Below, one piece after another: positions 40,161 to 49,974 of a stretch of 64,000 nt of DNA. Below the pieces are notes generated by a model. The model did not search any database and had not been told where the DNA came from. It was given only the letters and a program-made list of their open reading frames with translations. A program made the translations under genes and the position numbers. The stretch is from positions 928,001 to 992,000 of the forward strand of contig OY763415.1 in assembly GCA_963667565.1 (NCBI GenBank), given 5' to 3'. This DNA comes from Acholeplasmataceae bacterium (GTDB taxonomy: Bacteria > Bacillota_I > Bacilli_A > Acholeplasmatales > Acholeplasmataceae). The stretch's first letter is position 1. Each line of letters opens with the position of its first letter.

Positions 40161-41072
40161 ATGACACTTTTACAAATACTAGATAAGATCCGTGATGAAA
40201 GACATATAACCATCTTAGATTTTTGTGATGGCATTTGTTCAAGATCAAATTACTCAAGATATCTCAATCATGAACAAAAAGTGCCTTATGATGTCTTAGA
40301 AAAACTAAGTTTGAAATTAGGTTTGTCTCTCATGCATGTTTTAAGAGACTATAATAATAATAATAATTTGAAAATACAAATGAATCAGTTACTTGTGTAT
40401 GTTCAAAATATAGATATCAATCAAATTAAAAAAGTTTTAGATGACATTGACTTAAATGATGTGTTAGATTCTTATTATTATCAAATCTATCGATATGCAT
40501 CGTATACATTTCAATATTTAACAAAAAATATCGATTATCACGTATATTACCAACATCTTTTTGAGATGATTGAGTACGTTTTTAAGCAGGATACATCAGA
40601 AATCAATAGCTTTGAACATATCATACTGCATACTCTAGCGAATCTTGAATTATCAAATGATGATTTATCACATAAAACTATTGATCTTTTAATTTCTTTG
40701 TTTACTGATTCTAAGCGTATTGGTATCAACACTGAAAATGCAAATTTCCATCTACCTACGTTTGCTTTAATTGGTAAATATCTCATCAGAAAAAAAGATG
40801 ATGTGAAAGCTACTGTTGTTATCGATTCTGCTATTAGATTGTCCATTCATTATGAAGTAAGTAGAACTTTAGATACATTATATTATATGAGAGGATTACT
40901 AGACTTAAAAGTTGATCAAGTTGATTCTGCTATACATCATTATCAACGATGCTTATACACTATTTTAAGTAAACAAGACAACAATCTATTTGATCATTAT
41001 AAGAAAATAATTAAAAAAGATTTAACTGGTTATACATATAATGAGTCGCTTATTGAAAACATTAAATACTAA
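40161..41072 (+). CDS. Rgg/RRNPP-family regulator, copy 3
   Basis: IRDERHITILDFCDGICSRSNYSRYLN HTH; TPR-like LYYMRG; GGAGG RBS before ATG 40161. Confidence 0.85.
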   Translation: MTLLQILDKIRDERHITILDFCDGICSRSNYSRYLNHEQKVPYDVLEKLSLKLGLSLMHVLRDYNNNNNLKIQMNQLLVYVQNIDINQIKKVLDDIDLNDVLDSYYYQIYRYASYTFQYLTKNIDYHVYYQHLFEMIEYVFKQDTSEINSFEHIILHTLANLELSNDDLSHKTIDLLISLFTDSKRIGINTENANFHLPTFALIGKYLIRKKDDVKATVVIDSAIRLSIHYEVSRTLDTLYYMRGLLDLKVDQVDSAIHHYQRCLYTILSKQDNNLFDHYKKIIKKDLTGYTYNESLIENIKY

Positions 41073-41096
41073 ACAGGTCAAATTGCCTGTTTTTTT
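41071..41096 (+). terminator. Terminator after Rgg copy 3
   Basis: AAACAGG/CCTGTTT stem + T-run. Confidence 0.7.
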
Positions 41097-41135
41097 ATCC
41101 TTATATTTGGATTTAATATTATAGAATTTCCTTTA

Positions 41136-41250
41136 ATCGTGTAAATTGAAGTTCATATCGTGTAGAAATTCATTATAATCGTGTAGAATTCCAAGCATAT
41201 CGTGTAAATCCAACCTAAATCGTGTAAATTTCAAATGTAATCGTGTAGAA
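41136..41250. repeat. Six ATCGTGTA motifs at 20-21-bp period
   Basis: 41136, 41157, 41178, 41199, 41219, 41240. Confidence 0.9.
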
Positions 41251-41386
41251 AATAAGTGCATTTTAGGATTTATATCCTTATTTTGTCCGATTAATTCTAT
41301 CTACTAAGAATGATTAAAGTCTATAAACGGCTTTATTAAGGCGTAAAAAAAGGACTGATAATTGTATCAATCCTGTTCTTCTTATA

Positions 41387-41720
41387 TGTGTAACACTACC
41401 AATTTTGATACAAATTAGCACCCCCTCATAATTTTTTAGCACCCCTATTTTTGCAAATTCGAATGTAGAGTTTAAATCTCACTAACTCCGTTGTGTATAC
41501 CAATTTTGATAAAATTTTAGCACCCCTCCAAATATTTTTAACACCCCTGCGATTTTTTTTAGCACCCCTACTCAGAAAAATTAGCACCCCTATTTTTGCA
41601 GATCCTAATGTAGAGTTTAAATCTCACTAACTCCGTTGTGTAACACTACCAATTTTGATACAAATTAGCACCACCCCTCAATTTTTTTAGCACCCTTGTA
41701 TCAAAATTTTAGCACCCCTG
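41387..41720. repeat. Cassette junction with shortened units (105 and 145 bp) of the TTAGCACCC repeat
   Basis: TGTGTA starts at 41387, 41492, 41637. Confidence 0.9.
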
Positions 41721-41768
41721 AAAAATGACCTATTGGAGCGGTTTCTTTGCTGAAGAAATTTCTGTATT

Positions 41769-42134
41769 TCAAACACTAGTGTTACTCTTTATTAAACTTT
41801 TAATTAAAACTACTGAATGTGTAGCAACAATAAATGGAAATGACACCATAAATAAAAATATGGGTAGTATGGAAAAGTCAGCAACATTCGATGGCTCATT
41901 TGCTTGTATCGCTATATAAATGTAACTACCGAACATGATTGTTGATAATAAAGTCAATAGTAACAATAATTTACTATACTTTTGATTACCAAAAAAATAG
42001 AGACTATCCATCAATACTGTCATTATGAAAATAATCCATATGGTTGTGTATGAGATAAATTTAACATTAAACATGATATAAACCATGAGAATAGTAATAA
42101 ATAAAAATAGTGTGCTTAAAACTTTTTTGTTCAT
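41769..42134 (-). CDS. 4-TM membrane protein, paralog of 32442-32807
   Basis: Three amino-acid differences. Confidence 0.75.
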   Translation of the reverse strand: MNKKVLSTLFLFITILMVYIMFNVKFISYTTIWIIFIMTVLMDSLYFFGNQKYSKLLLLLTLLSTIMFGSYIYIAIQANEPSNVADFSILPIFLFMVSFPFIVATHSVVLIKSLIKSNTSV

Positions 42135-42146
42135 TGTATTGACTCC

Positions 42147-42712
42147 TTAAGTTGTATAATAGTAAGCTCTGCTGCTCATCTCGATGATATAATCAGCAAA
42201 TAACTTCGCAGTATATGCTCGAGTTTCTAATGATGGCATATCACCAGTTAAAGGCATATAACTTCCTCTTAATAATCCAAATCCTAGGTACATATTTGCA
42301 ACGTAGTACGTATAATTGATAATACGTCCATTAGAGATCTTTAGATTCATTGACTGATAGACCTCACTTCTAAATTTAGATTCAAGTGTTGAGCCTAGAG
42401 GATATTCCAATTCTAAAGTAACAGTAGAAATAAACATTTTATATCTATTAGGATAATAGTCATTGTCACCTTTAATTATATTATAATATGCACTTAAACT
42501 ATCACCAACAGAGTTTAAACTATAGTCTAAAAATGTTTTTGTGATATTCATTGCATCAATATCTGCTAATAGATCAGGTTCAGAAAAACCACTATTTAAT
42601 ACACCTGTAAATGTTTCAAAATCAATACTATTATTTGTATATCCGCTGTAATAACCAGTATAGTAAGTTGGCAATGTGGATACATCGATAGCTCGTGAAT
42701 GAATTGTTCTTG
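42147..42712 (-). pseudogene. 3' fragment of the secreted 450-aa protein gene
   Basis: Matches only the C-terminal part of 32820-34172; no signal peptide. Confidence 0.85.
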
Positions 42713-43197
42713 GCGATAGGTTTATCTTCCCAACCATAGTTGTTGGAATGCTTAACGAGTATTTGCTGTCTGAAATTATTTTGGTTATCAATGTACTCAT
42801 TCACGATAGCGAAATCGCATCCATGCTTGATTTGGCTTTTCTTTTTATCAACAACTTTAATAGTGAATGATTGTTCCCCATCTGAAACATTCTTATAATT
42901 GGTATTTGCAATAATATCTTCAAGTTTACGAACAAATAGTAGCCTTAAATCTTTTGCTTCTAAGCCGTTATCTTTTTGAATAACGAAGTTATAATCAAAA
43001 TCGAATCCTTTGTTTCCACCTACTACTTTTGTAACCAGGTTCTTCCCCCCACTACCTATAAGTTTTTCTTCAAATGTAACACTTTCTTTTCTTAAACTTG
43101 TATGTAGTGATCTAATTATCTTTTCAATCTGTTCTTTTGCTGGTTTGAGTTCTGCTCTTGTAACATATTCATAAGTTCTACCGTGTAAATCCGCCAT
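42631..43197 (-). pseudogene. Pol-beta-fold nucleotidyltransferase (CD-NTase/SMODS-like), probably 3'-truncated at 42712
   Basis: LIGS...FDFDY...CDFAI triad; last ~27 codons come from the duplicated segment. Confidence 0.6.
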
Positions 43198-43208
43198 GAT
43201 GAACCTCC

Positions 43209-44141
43209 TTATTTACTCAATTGATTCTTAACAACTTTTTTCAGTAACTCATAACACTCTTTTGTGAACTCATCAACTTCATCAATATTCACACAACTAA
43301 CATCAGCATGCTCTATATGTTGATGAAATCCAAAAACATTCTTCTCGCTTGTCTGAGTTTCTTGTGCTACTGTATAGATTTCTTTACTTATTGGCAAAAT
43401 ATAAAGCTCAGACTGAGGTGTTGAATCTGAAGATAGAGGAACTACTAAACCAAATGTTTTCTTAATCCAAAAATTACTGAAGCTTATCAAGGAATAATCT
43501 TTTACAAAATTTGGATAGTTAATTTCAATTGATTCTACATCTTTCCATATTGGATCGTTATCTGTCCCATCTTCATTTGCACCATAATTTCTTAATGCCC
43601 AGTAATCAAAGGTTTGGGCAGTTTTTCCGGGCCCTAATTGACATTTTCCAACTTCATCGTTATCAAAATCTTTGAAGGATGTGTAATCTTTTATTGATCT
43701 TTTAGTGACTGAGTATCTTGTTTGATTTGTTTCTTTCAGTTCAATATCTTTATAGTATTTAAAGTATGCATCAATTCTATCCATTGCACCTTTGAAAGTT
43801 CTAGATAAATAATGTTCATTGTCGCCTGGATAATCTAAATCTTGGATATGCAAGTCATAAACATAATCTTCTTCATATTTCATAAATAATTCTTTTGCTT
43901 TAGTTAGATATTCTAACGCTGTGACAATAATTGATCTAGTCTCAACACTTTCAACAATTGTGCTCATCCAATTAAGCAACTCAATTTTTGAATTATAATC
44001 CTTACCATATTTATACACAAAATAAACCAGCTCATTGTCCGAAAACTGATAACTATTTTTCTGAATAAACTCTTTTAATGACTTTGAAATTTCTACATTA
44101 TTTATAATAGTCACATAATCATCATATCTCATAAGCAACAT
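43209..44141 (-). CDS. Hypothetical protein
   Basis: 310-aa ORF with AGGAG RBS, no recognised motif. Confidence 0.7.
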   Translation of the reverse strand: MLLMRYDDYVTIINNVEISKSLKEFIQKNSYQFSDNELVYFVYKYGKDYNSKIELLNWMSTIVESVETRSIIVTALEYLTKAKELFMKYEEDYVYDLHIQDLDYPGDNEHYLSRTFKGAMDRIDAYFKYYKDIELKETNQTRYSVTKRSIKDYTSFKDFDNDEVGKCQLGPGKTAQTFDYWALRNYGANEDGTDNDPIWKDVESIEINYPNFVKDYSLISFSNFWIKKTFGLVVPLSSDSTPQSELYILPISKEIYTVAQETQTSEKNVFGFHQHIEHADVSCVNIDEVDEFTKECYELLKKVVKNQLSK

Positions 44142-44166
44142 CTCCTATCTCAAGTTTTCTAGTATT

Positions 44167-44643
44167 CTACTTTTTGATTTTTTTATTAACTTCTTTTTTA
44201 ATTACATTAGGTATAAACGTTTTTACATCAAGATGTTCTAACATCATCAAATGAGCATACAAAATCGCATCTATCTCAATTTCCTGCTTTAGATATTCTT
44301 CTTCTGGAACATCTTTCTTCGTTGGTTGGTTATAATTACTCATTTCATCTTTCCATTTTTGAATCGTGAGTGAATCAATCTCTGTTTGAATCTCACCATT
44401 GATACATTTCCATTGAAAAGCGTGTCTTGACTCGTGAAAACATGTCACTTGAACTTCCATAGGATCAGCTTGTTCTAACCATTCTTCGTTAAACGCTATG
44501 ATATACTCATCTTTTATAAAGACCGAGTTTATGCCTCTACTTGAATAACTCTGATTAGAAAAAAACTGCACATCTGGAGTTTCAATTTCCAATGTATGTG
44601 CAGCAAATTTAACGCCCTTTATTGCTATTTCATAATTATCCAT
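44167..44643 (-). CDS. Zincin-type metallopeptidase-like protein, paralog of 317-811
   Basis: HESRH, EIDA; long identical blocks (IETPDVQFF, YIIAFNEEW, PEEEYLKQ). Confidence 0.75.
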   Translation of the reverse strand: MDNYEIAIKGVKFAAHTLEIETPDVQFFSNQSYSSRGINSVFIKDEYIIAFNEEWLEQADPMEVQVTCFHESRHAFQWKCINGEIQTEIDSLTIQKWKDEMSNYNQPTKKDVPEEEYLKQEIEIDAILYAHLMMLEHLDVKTFIPNVIKKEVNKKIKK

Positions 44644-44718
44644 ATCAATCATCCTCATATGTAAAATTATAACATAGACTCTTAATTATAAAAATACAAT
44701 ATTGGACTTTAAGGCAAT

Positions 44719-46299
44719 TTAAACAGTAACCTCTTCACCGTTGTTGAGCTTAAAGCTGATCTTTTTATCTTTGTGAACTATTGCACTTTCAACTAATAAC
44801 ATCCAAATACGCTCGTTCCATTCATCAAGTTTATCTACAGATTGGTTTAAGTTGTTGATAAAGGCTTTCATTTTAATTGCTTGATTCTCTTTAAGACTTT
44901 TAGCTTTTAACAACTCCTCTTGTTTCTTTAGAAGCTTGTCATGTTTTTCTGTGAGTTCTTGGTACTTTTTATTATAGTCTTCTAAGTCCATACTGGTTTT
45001 TGAGTTTTCTTTGATTAGAATGTTCACGAGTTCAAATGTTAGAGTGAGATCATCATTTACCTTTGAAATATCTTTATCAAGTTTTGAAGTGTCAGTTAGA
45101 AGTTTAATGACCTCATGTGCATCTTCAATCATTCTTTCTTTATCTTCCATCGTTATCTTATATGCTTCGATAAACTTATGCTTGATATCCTCTGCTTTAA
45201 GGTTTGGTGTGTGGCATTTCTCTTTATGCTTGTGAAACTTGTTATTGCATTGATAGATAAACCTTGAATACTTGGAATTAGAGTGCCATTTCTTTTTACC
45301 GTAGAACCCACCACAGTCCTCACAAATTAACTTTGCTGCAAATTCATCCGATGAAGAATACTGAACACCGATATCACTACGTCTTGCTAGTTCTATTTGC
45401 ACCAGTTCCCACATATCTCTTTCTATAATCGCTGGGTGGTTATTTTCTACATAGTATTGAGGAATCTGCCCGTTGTTTTTTACCATCTTATGATCTAAGT
45501 AGTTTTCCGTATAGGACTTTTGAAGTAATGCATCCCCTTTATACTTTTCATTGGTAAGAATGGATGTCACTGTATTCGTGGTCCAATTGAAGGTTTTTCC
45601 ATTTGGTGTTTTAATACGATTTGATTTTAAGTATTTAGCTATTGCTGATGCTGTCTTACCTTCTACAAGAAACATTCGGTAAATTAACTCAACTATAACT
45701 GCTTGGTCTTCATCTATCACGATTTTGTCATCTTCTTTCTTATAACCCATAAAGTTCTTATAGGCAAATGAAACTTTACCTTCTTGAAATCCTACTCTCT
45801 TACCCCATGTGACGTTTTGGCTAATGGAACGTGACTCTTCTTGTGCGATGGATGCCATGATAGTTAAGATGAGTTCGCTTTTTGGATCTAACGTCCAGAG
45901 ATTCTCTTTTTCAAAGAATACTTCAATTCCATTGTCTTTTAACTTTCTAACATAGGAAATGGTGTCGAGTGTATTACGAGCAAACCTTGATATGGATTTA
46001 GTAATGATGAGGTGTATCTTTCCACCGAGTGCATCCTTGATCATTTCATTAAATCCAACACGTCTTTTTGTGCTGGTTCCGGATATTCCTTCATCCGCAT
46101 AAACTTTAGTATATTCCCAATCTAGTCTATCTTCAATGAACTTTTGATAGTAATTCACTTGTGCTTCATAACTGGTGTATTGTTCATCTGAGTTGGTTGA
46201 AACTCTCGCATAAGCCGCTACTTTCTTAGTTGTAGTCATGTTGATTGGCATTTGTGTAATTGGATTAATCGTTGATGGAATAACTGTGACTTTAGCCAT
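44719..46299 (-). CDS. Large serine recombinase
   Basis: AYARVST, KSISRFARN, recombinase domain, Zn ribbon, coiled coil. Confidence 0.95.
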   Translation of the reverse strand: MAKVTVIPSTINPITQMPINMTTTKKVAAYARVSTNSDEQYTSYEAQVNYYQKFIEDRLDWEYTKVYADEGISGTSTKRRVGFNEMIKDALGGKIHLIITKSISRFARNTLDTISYVRKLKDNGIEVFFEKENLWTLDPKSELILTIMASIAQEESRSISQNVTWGKRVGFQEGKVSFAYKNFMGYKKEDDKIVIDEDQAVIVELIYRMFLVEGKTASAIAKYLKSNRIKTPNGKTFNWTTNTVTSILTNEKYKGDALLQKSYTENYLDHKMVKNNGQIPQYYVENNHPAIIERDMWELVQIELARRSDIGVQYSSSDEFAAKLICEDCGGFYGKKKWHSNSKYSRFIYQCNNKFHKHKEKCHTPNLKAEDIKHKFIEAYKITMEDKERMIEDAHEVIKLLTDTSKLDKDISKVNDDLTLTFELVNILIKENSKTSMDLEDYNKKYQELTEKHDKLLKKQEELLKAKSLKENQAIKMKAFINNLNQSVDKLDEWNERIWMLLVESAIVHKDKKISFKLNNGEEVTV

Positions 46300-47602
46300 A
46301 ATACGCACCTCCTTGATGTTGTTTGAGTGCTCTTTTACGAGCTTGTTCTTTCATTTTAGGCGTCCAGCTCTGACTTCTTGAACGCGGCTCCCATTGATAA
46401 TCAATGACGCTTAAGTCCTCAAAATGAAATGCTAAATGGTTATCAGGATTAACAATGATGAACTTTACTTTCTTTTTGAATAACTCCTCGCTAAAGTTGT
46501 CTTGATTAACTATTGCATTAAATGTTTCTTTAATGACTGCATCTGGCACTTGTTTGGATGGGCAAGATTCTATCCCTTTAGTTACTGATAGGGAACATTT
46601 CCAAATTTCATTATGTGGTGTTGATTTATGTGTATATGCTCTGCCACAAATACCGCACTTCATCATGCCTTTGAAAACTCGTGGTTTCTTGTTTGGATTA
46701 GTTTTGTTTTTATCTGCACGCTCACTTTTTATTGCTTGAACTTTATCAAATACGTCTTTGCTGATAATCGGTTCATGATTATTCTTAACTGCATACTGAT
46801 TGTACTCTCCTGAATTGATGATTTTTCTCTTCGTCAAATGATTTTCTCTAAATGTTTTTTGAAGTATCAAATCACCTGTATAGTTGTAGTTTGATAAGAT
46901 ATGCATAATGGATGAACGATTCCATCTTGATGCGTATTGTGGTTTTATTCCTTTTGAGTCTAGTATCTTACCAATTGCATCTGCACCTTTACCATCGATA
47001 TAGAGTTGATAAATCAATTTTACGATTTCAGCTTCTTTTGGTATGACTATGGGTTTCTTATCTTCAATCATATACCCTAAGCAGGATTTCCCACCCCACA
47101 TGATGCCTTGTTCAAAGTCTTTTTTAATTCGCCACTTCATATTTTCAGATGTGCTTCTTGATTCTTCTTGAGCGAATGTGGCAAGAAAGGTTAGAATCAT
47201 CTCTCCCTCACCGCTGTTTGAGTGGATGTTTTGCTCTTCAAAGAACACGTCGATATTGAGTGTTTTGAGTTCTCTCACAGTTTCTAATAAGGTGAGTGTG
47301 TTTCTAGCAAACCTTGATATAGACTTCGTGATGATCATATCAACTTGTCCAGTTCTACAGTCTCTGAGTAATTGTTGGAACTCTTCTCTTGAATCCTTCG
47401 TTCCAGTTAATGCTTCATCTGCATAGACACCTGTAAATTCCCATTCATTGTTTTCTTGAATCAGTTTTTTATAGTAGCTAACTTGAGCAGCAAGTGACTG
47501 AAGCATGGCATCTTTTCCACTTGATACTCTTGCATATGCCGCAACTCTAGTTTTCCTTGTTAACTTGGGTAATGCGTCTAACTTGGTGATGGTTTTCTTC
47601 AT
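46292..47602 (-). CDS. Large serine recombinase
   Basis: AYARVSS, KSISRFARN, CGICG Zn ribbon. Confidence 0.95.
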   Translation of the reverse strand: MKKTITKLDALPKLTRKTRVAAYARVSSGKDAMLQSLAAQVSYYKKLIQENNEWEFTGVYADEALTGTKDSREEFQQLLRDCRTGQVDMIITKSISRFARNTLTLLETVRELKTLNIDVFFEEQNIHSNSGEGEMILTFLATFAQEESRSTSENMKWRIKKDFEQGIMWGGKSCLGYMIEDKKPIVIPKEAEIVKLIYQLYIDGKGADAIGKILDSKGIKPQYASRWNRSSIMHILSNYNYTGDLILQKTFRENHLTKRKIINSGEYNQYAVKNNHEPIISKDVFDKVQAIKSERADKNKTNPNKKPRVFKGMMKCGICGRAYTHKSTPHNEIWKCSLSVTKGIESCPSKQVPDAVIKETFNAIVNQDNFSEELFKKKVKFIIVNPDNHLAFHFEDLSVIDYQWEPRSRSQSWTPKMKEQARKRALKQHQGGAYYG

Positions 47603-47819
47603 GAATATTTACCTCCTCTTTTGATACACTATTAATCACTCTACTAGGGGGAATAGTCAAGTGATTTAAGCGATAAAGGTTACCTGTTTTGATACAATAT
47701 TTGTCAGCCATAAAAGCTTCAGCCTTATTGTAATCATTGTTGGATATTAGTCCTTCATCATGCATATCAACGATACTTTTCATCGATAGGTAATACTTTT
47801 CTAAGTTTGTTCTATTCAT
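47547..47819 (-). CDS. Small SHOCT-like recombinase-associated protein
   Basis: MHDEGLISNNDY pattern; position before twin recombinases. Confidence 0.55.
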   Translation of the reverse strand: MNRTNLEKYYLSMKSIVDMHDEGLISNNDYNKAEAFMADKYCIKTGNLYRLNHLTIPPSRVINSVSKEEVNIHEENHHQVRRITQVNKEN

Positions 47820-48081
47820 GACGATCAATAGCTTTCTTGCGTCTGTACCCGTTCCACCACTGCCATCTACATTGATCCGAGCAGAATCTTTTCTTTTTTT
47901 TGCCCTTAACCGACTTCATTTCTAAACCACAATGTTCACAAAATCCAATGAGTTCATCATCAGTTTGTTTACTACAAGCATACCTAACGATACTTATCGA
48001 AGTATTCAATTTACTTGCTATTTTCTTATAGCCATAACCTAACTCACGTAATTCAACTATTTTTTTATTTATATCATTCAT
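47812..48081 (-). CDS. HTH + Zn-finger DNA-binding protein of recombinase module
   Basis: LRELGYGYKKIA HTH; CEHCG...RFCSDQCR. Confidence 0.75.
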   Translation of the reverse strand: MNDINKKIVELRELGYGYKKIASKLNTSISIVRYACSKQTDDELIGFCEHCGLEMKSVKGKKKKRFCSDQCRWQWWNGYRRKKAIDRHE

Positions 48082-48168
48082 ACGAACTACCTCCTAAGTC
48101 TTAGTCCGCACAAATCGTGTAAAAGTTCGGGTTTTTAATAAAAAAAGTTTAAGAATCGTAAATTTTGC

Positions 48169-48205
48169 AAAAAAAAGAACCTCCAGGATATAAGTCCCAG
48201 AGGTT
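48169..48205 (-). terminator. Terminator of phage late operon
   Basis: AACCTC/GAGGTT stem + T-run on minus strand. Confidence 0.65.
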
Positions 48206-48211
48206 TAGTTA

Positions 48212-48697
48212 TTATTTATTCAATTGTTGTTTGATAATCTTTTCTGCTTCTGATAATGTTTCTTTACCTTGCATCTTATTACTAAAAGATATGTAATCAT
48301 CGATAATCGATTCAATCTTGGATTGGTTTGATTCAACAAACTCTACTGCTTTTTCAGTTGAGCCAGTGATGTTACTTACCCATTCACTTAATCGCTGTAA
48401 AACTGCGAGTTTCTTATCGTCCCCAGCTAAAAACGCCTCACCTTTTTCTTTTGCGATGTGGTTTTTTTCTTCTACGATTAGTATAAACTCTTTAATAGTC
48501 TTTTGAATGCTTTCATCAAAAACAACATCCTTAGCTTTACTTACAAGTTCAGATACGTTTTCTGCAGTGTTTTTCAAATCTTCTTTAACTTCTTTGATCA
48601 CATCATTTATAGATTGATCTTTCCCTATTTTTGATGTCACATAAAGTGCTATTGAAAATAAGGCTACAATAAGTAGAATAATATCAAGTGTTGTCAT
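48212..48697 (-). CDS. Holin-like protein (single N-terminal TM)
   Basis: TM + helical domain with GDDKK; last late gene. Confidence 0.55.
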   Translation of the reverse strand: MTTLDIILLIVALFSIALYVTSKIGKDQSINDVIKEVKEDLKNTAENVSELVSKAKDVVFDESIQKTIKEFILIVEEKNHIAKEKGEAFLAGDDKKLAVLQRLSEWVSNITGSTEKAVEFVESNQSKIESIIDDYISFSNKMQGKETLSEAEKIIKQQLNK

Positions 48698-49010
48698 TTT
48701 CTTTTCCTCCTAAGTGTTTATAGATGTTCACATGTGAATCTTCTAGTCGTGATACTCGATGTTCAAGGATATTTACATCTTTTTTTAATGTCTTGATATC
48801 CTGTGAGTGTAATTCTAATAAGTTGATCATCTTTACGTTTTGTTTTTCGATTTTCTGTAAGTTACCAATTATCTCATCATTTTTTGACTTATTGGTTTTT
48901 TCTTGCCTGTTGAATTGCTTAATTGTGGTTAGTATCACTACGACCATAGTCACTATCCAATAAATTAAATTTTCCATTCTAAATAGGCTCGCTATATTTT
49001 CCCAATCCAT
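48684..49010 (-). CDS. TM + coiled-coil protein, holin/lysis-associated candidate
   Basis: One TM, heptads LEHRVSRLE; lysis-module position. Confidence 0.5.
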   Translation of the reverse strand: MDWENIASLFRMENLIYWIVTMVVVILTTIKQFNRQEKTNKSKNDEIIGNLQKIEKQNVKMINLLELHSQDIKTLKKDVNILEHRVSRLEDSHVNIYKHLGGKENDNT

Positions 49011-49635
49011 CTTGTATCATCTCATTTCGGTAATTTTCAAGGTAATTCAGTTGTTCCTTAATCTCTTGTACATAGTTTTCAGCGATTTCGTTGTCCCAGT
49101 TGTTCTTAAAATCCATCATCTTAGTAAACCATGGCTCTTCTACAACAAGTTCATACTTTCCTGTTATCTCGAAGTGGTCTACCATACCTCTAATCCTAAA
49201 GACATGATAATGGGACTTAAAATTAGTATCAACTTCAAAACGCATACGACCATACTCGAGTTCTGCTGCGATATGGTTTAACATAAACTGCTTATCATCG
49301 AAATCAAGCAATTGATCGAGCGTTTCTTTGAAAGATGGATTGATATAGATAAGTGTTCTTTCAATACTCATGATATTATCAGCTGCGGCTCGATGATATG
49401 AAATAATGGATTCATCAAATTGCTGTCTTTGAATAAATCTATCCCTGGCAAATACAAAAAAGTCATATTCTCCAAGTGTTATATGAAGGTTTCCTTTGAA
49501 TCCATCTAAAACCACAGTAACATCCTTATCACTTGAGGTGCTATCTAGTCCATATGCAATCGAACCGCCATAATAAACAAGGAGTATCTCCGTATTTGGA
49601 AAGACTCCCTCAATCATACTTAGTAAATCATTCAT
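48979..49635 (-). CDS. Nucleotidyltransferase-fold protein in tail/lysis region
   Basis: GGSIAYGL..SSDKD...YDF motif. Confidence 0.75.
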   Translation of the reverse strand: MNDLLSMIEGVFPNTEILLVYYGGSIAYGLDSTSSDKDVTVVLDGFKGNLHITLGEYDFFVFARDRFIQRQQFDESIISYHRAAADNIMSIERTLIYINPSFKETLDQLLDFDDKQFMLNHIAAELEYGRMRFEVDTNFKSHYHVFRIRGMVDHFEITGKYELVVEEPWFTKMMDFKNNWDNEIAENYVQEIKEQLNYLENYRNEMIQDGLGKYSEPI

Positions 49636-49966
49636 TTGGTTCTTCCTCCTCTATTGGCTCTAGAAGCAGGGGCTCAATCACATCAAAATCATCGATTGCA
49701 TCTTCAAAGCCGATCACATTTTGTTTTAGCCATTCATATCCTTGAACGATTGGATTAACATTTAGAAAAGATGAAAAGTCTGAAAACGGAATGGCGATAT
49801 CTAACTCTTCAATTGGTACGCTTTTATTTGCTCGTGCTTCTTTTGATAAATAGGATGCAACACAAATAGTGATTTTTTTGCTTGAATAACTAATGTTAAA
49901 TGCAGTGATACGGTGGTATGATGCACCAATGCCAAATTTTGTATTTAGTTCTTTAATAATTGCCAT
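49628..49966 (-). CDS. Phage tail-associated hypothetical protein
   Basis: Follows fibre genes. Confidence 0.55.
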   Translation of the reverse strand: MAIIKELNTKFGIGASYHRITAFNISYSSKKITICVASYLSKEARANKSVPIEELDIAIPFSDFSSFLNVNPIVQGYEWLKQNVIGFEDAIDDFDVIEPLLLEPIEEEEPNE

Positions 49967-49974
49967 ATGATTTC

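Larger units (their letters stand above)
31077..42712. mobile_element. Tandem array of repeat-bounded cassettes (no cognate recombinase inside)
   Basis: Same junction at 31165, 32310, 35699, 41387 separating unrelated cargo. Confidence 0.6.
41637..42712. repeat. ~1.08-kb near-identical direct duplication of 32310-33385
   Basis: Offset 9327 nt, few substitutions. Confidence 0.92.

Noticed and set aside
42147..42800. 217-aa ORF as an intact gene
   Set aside because: N-terminus is an alternative frame of the NTase gene fused to a duplicated fragment
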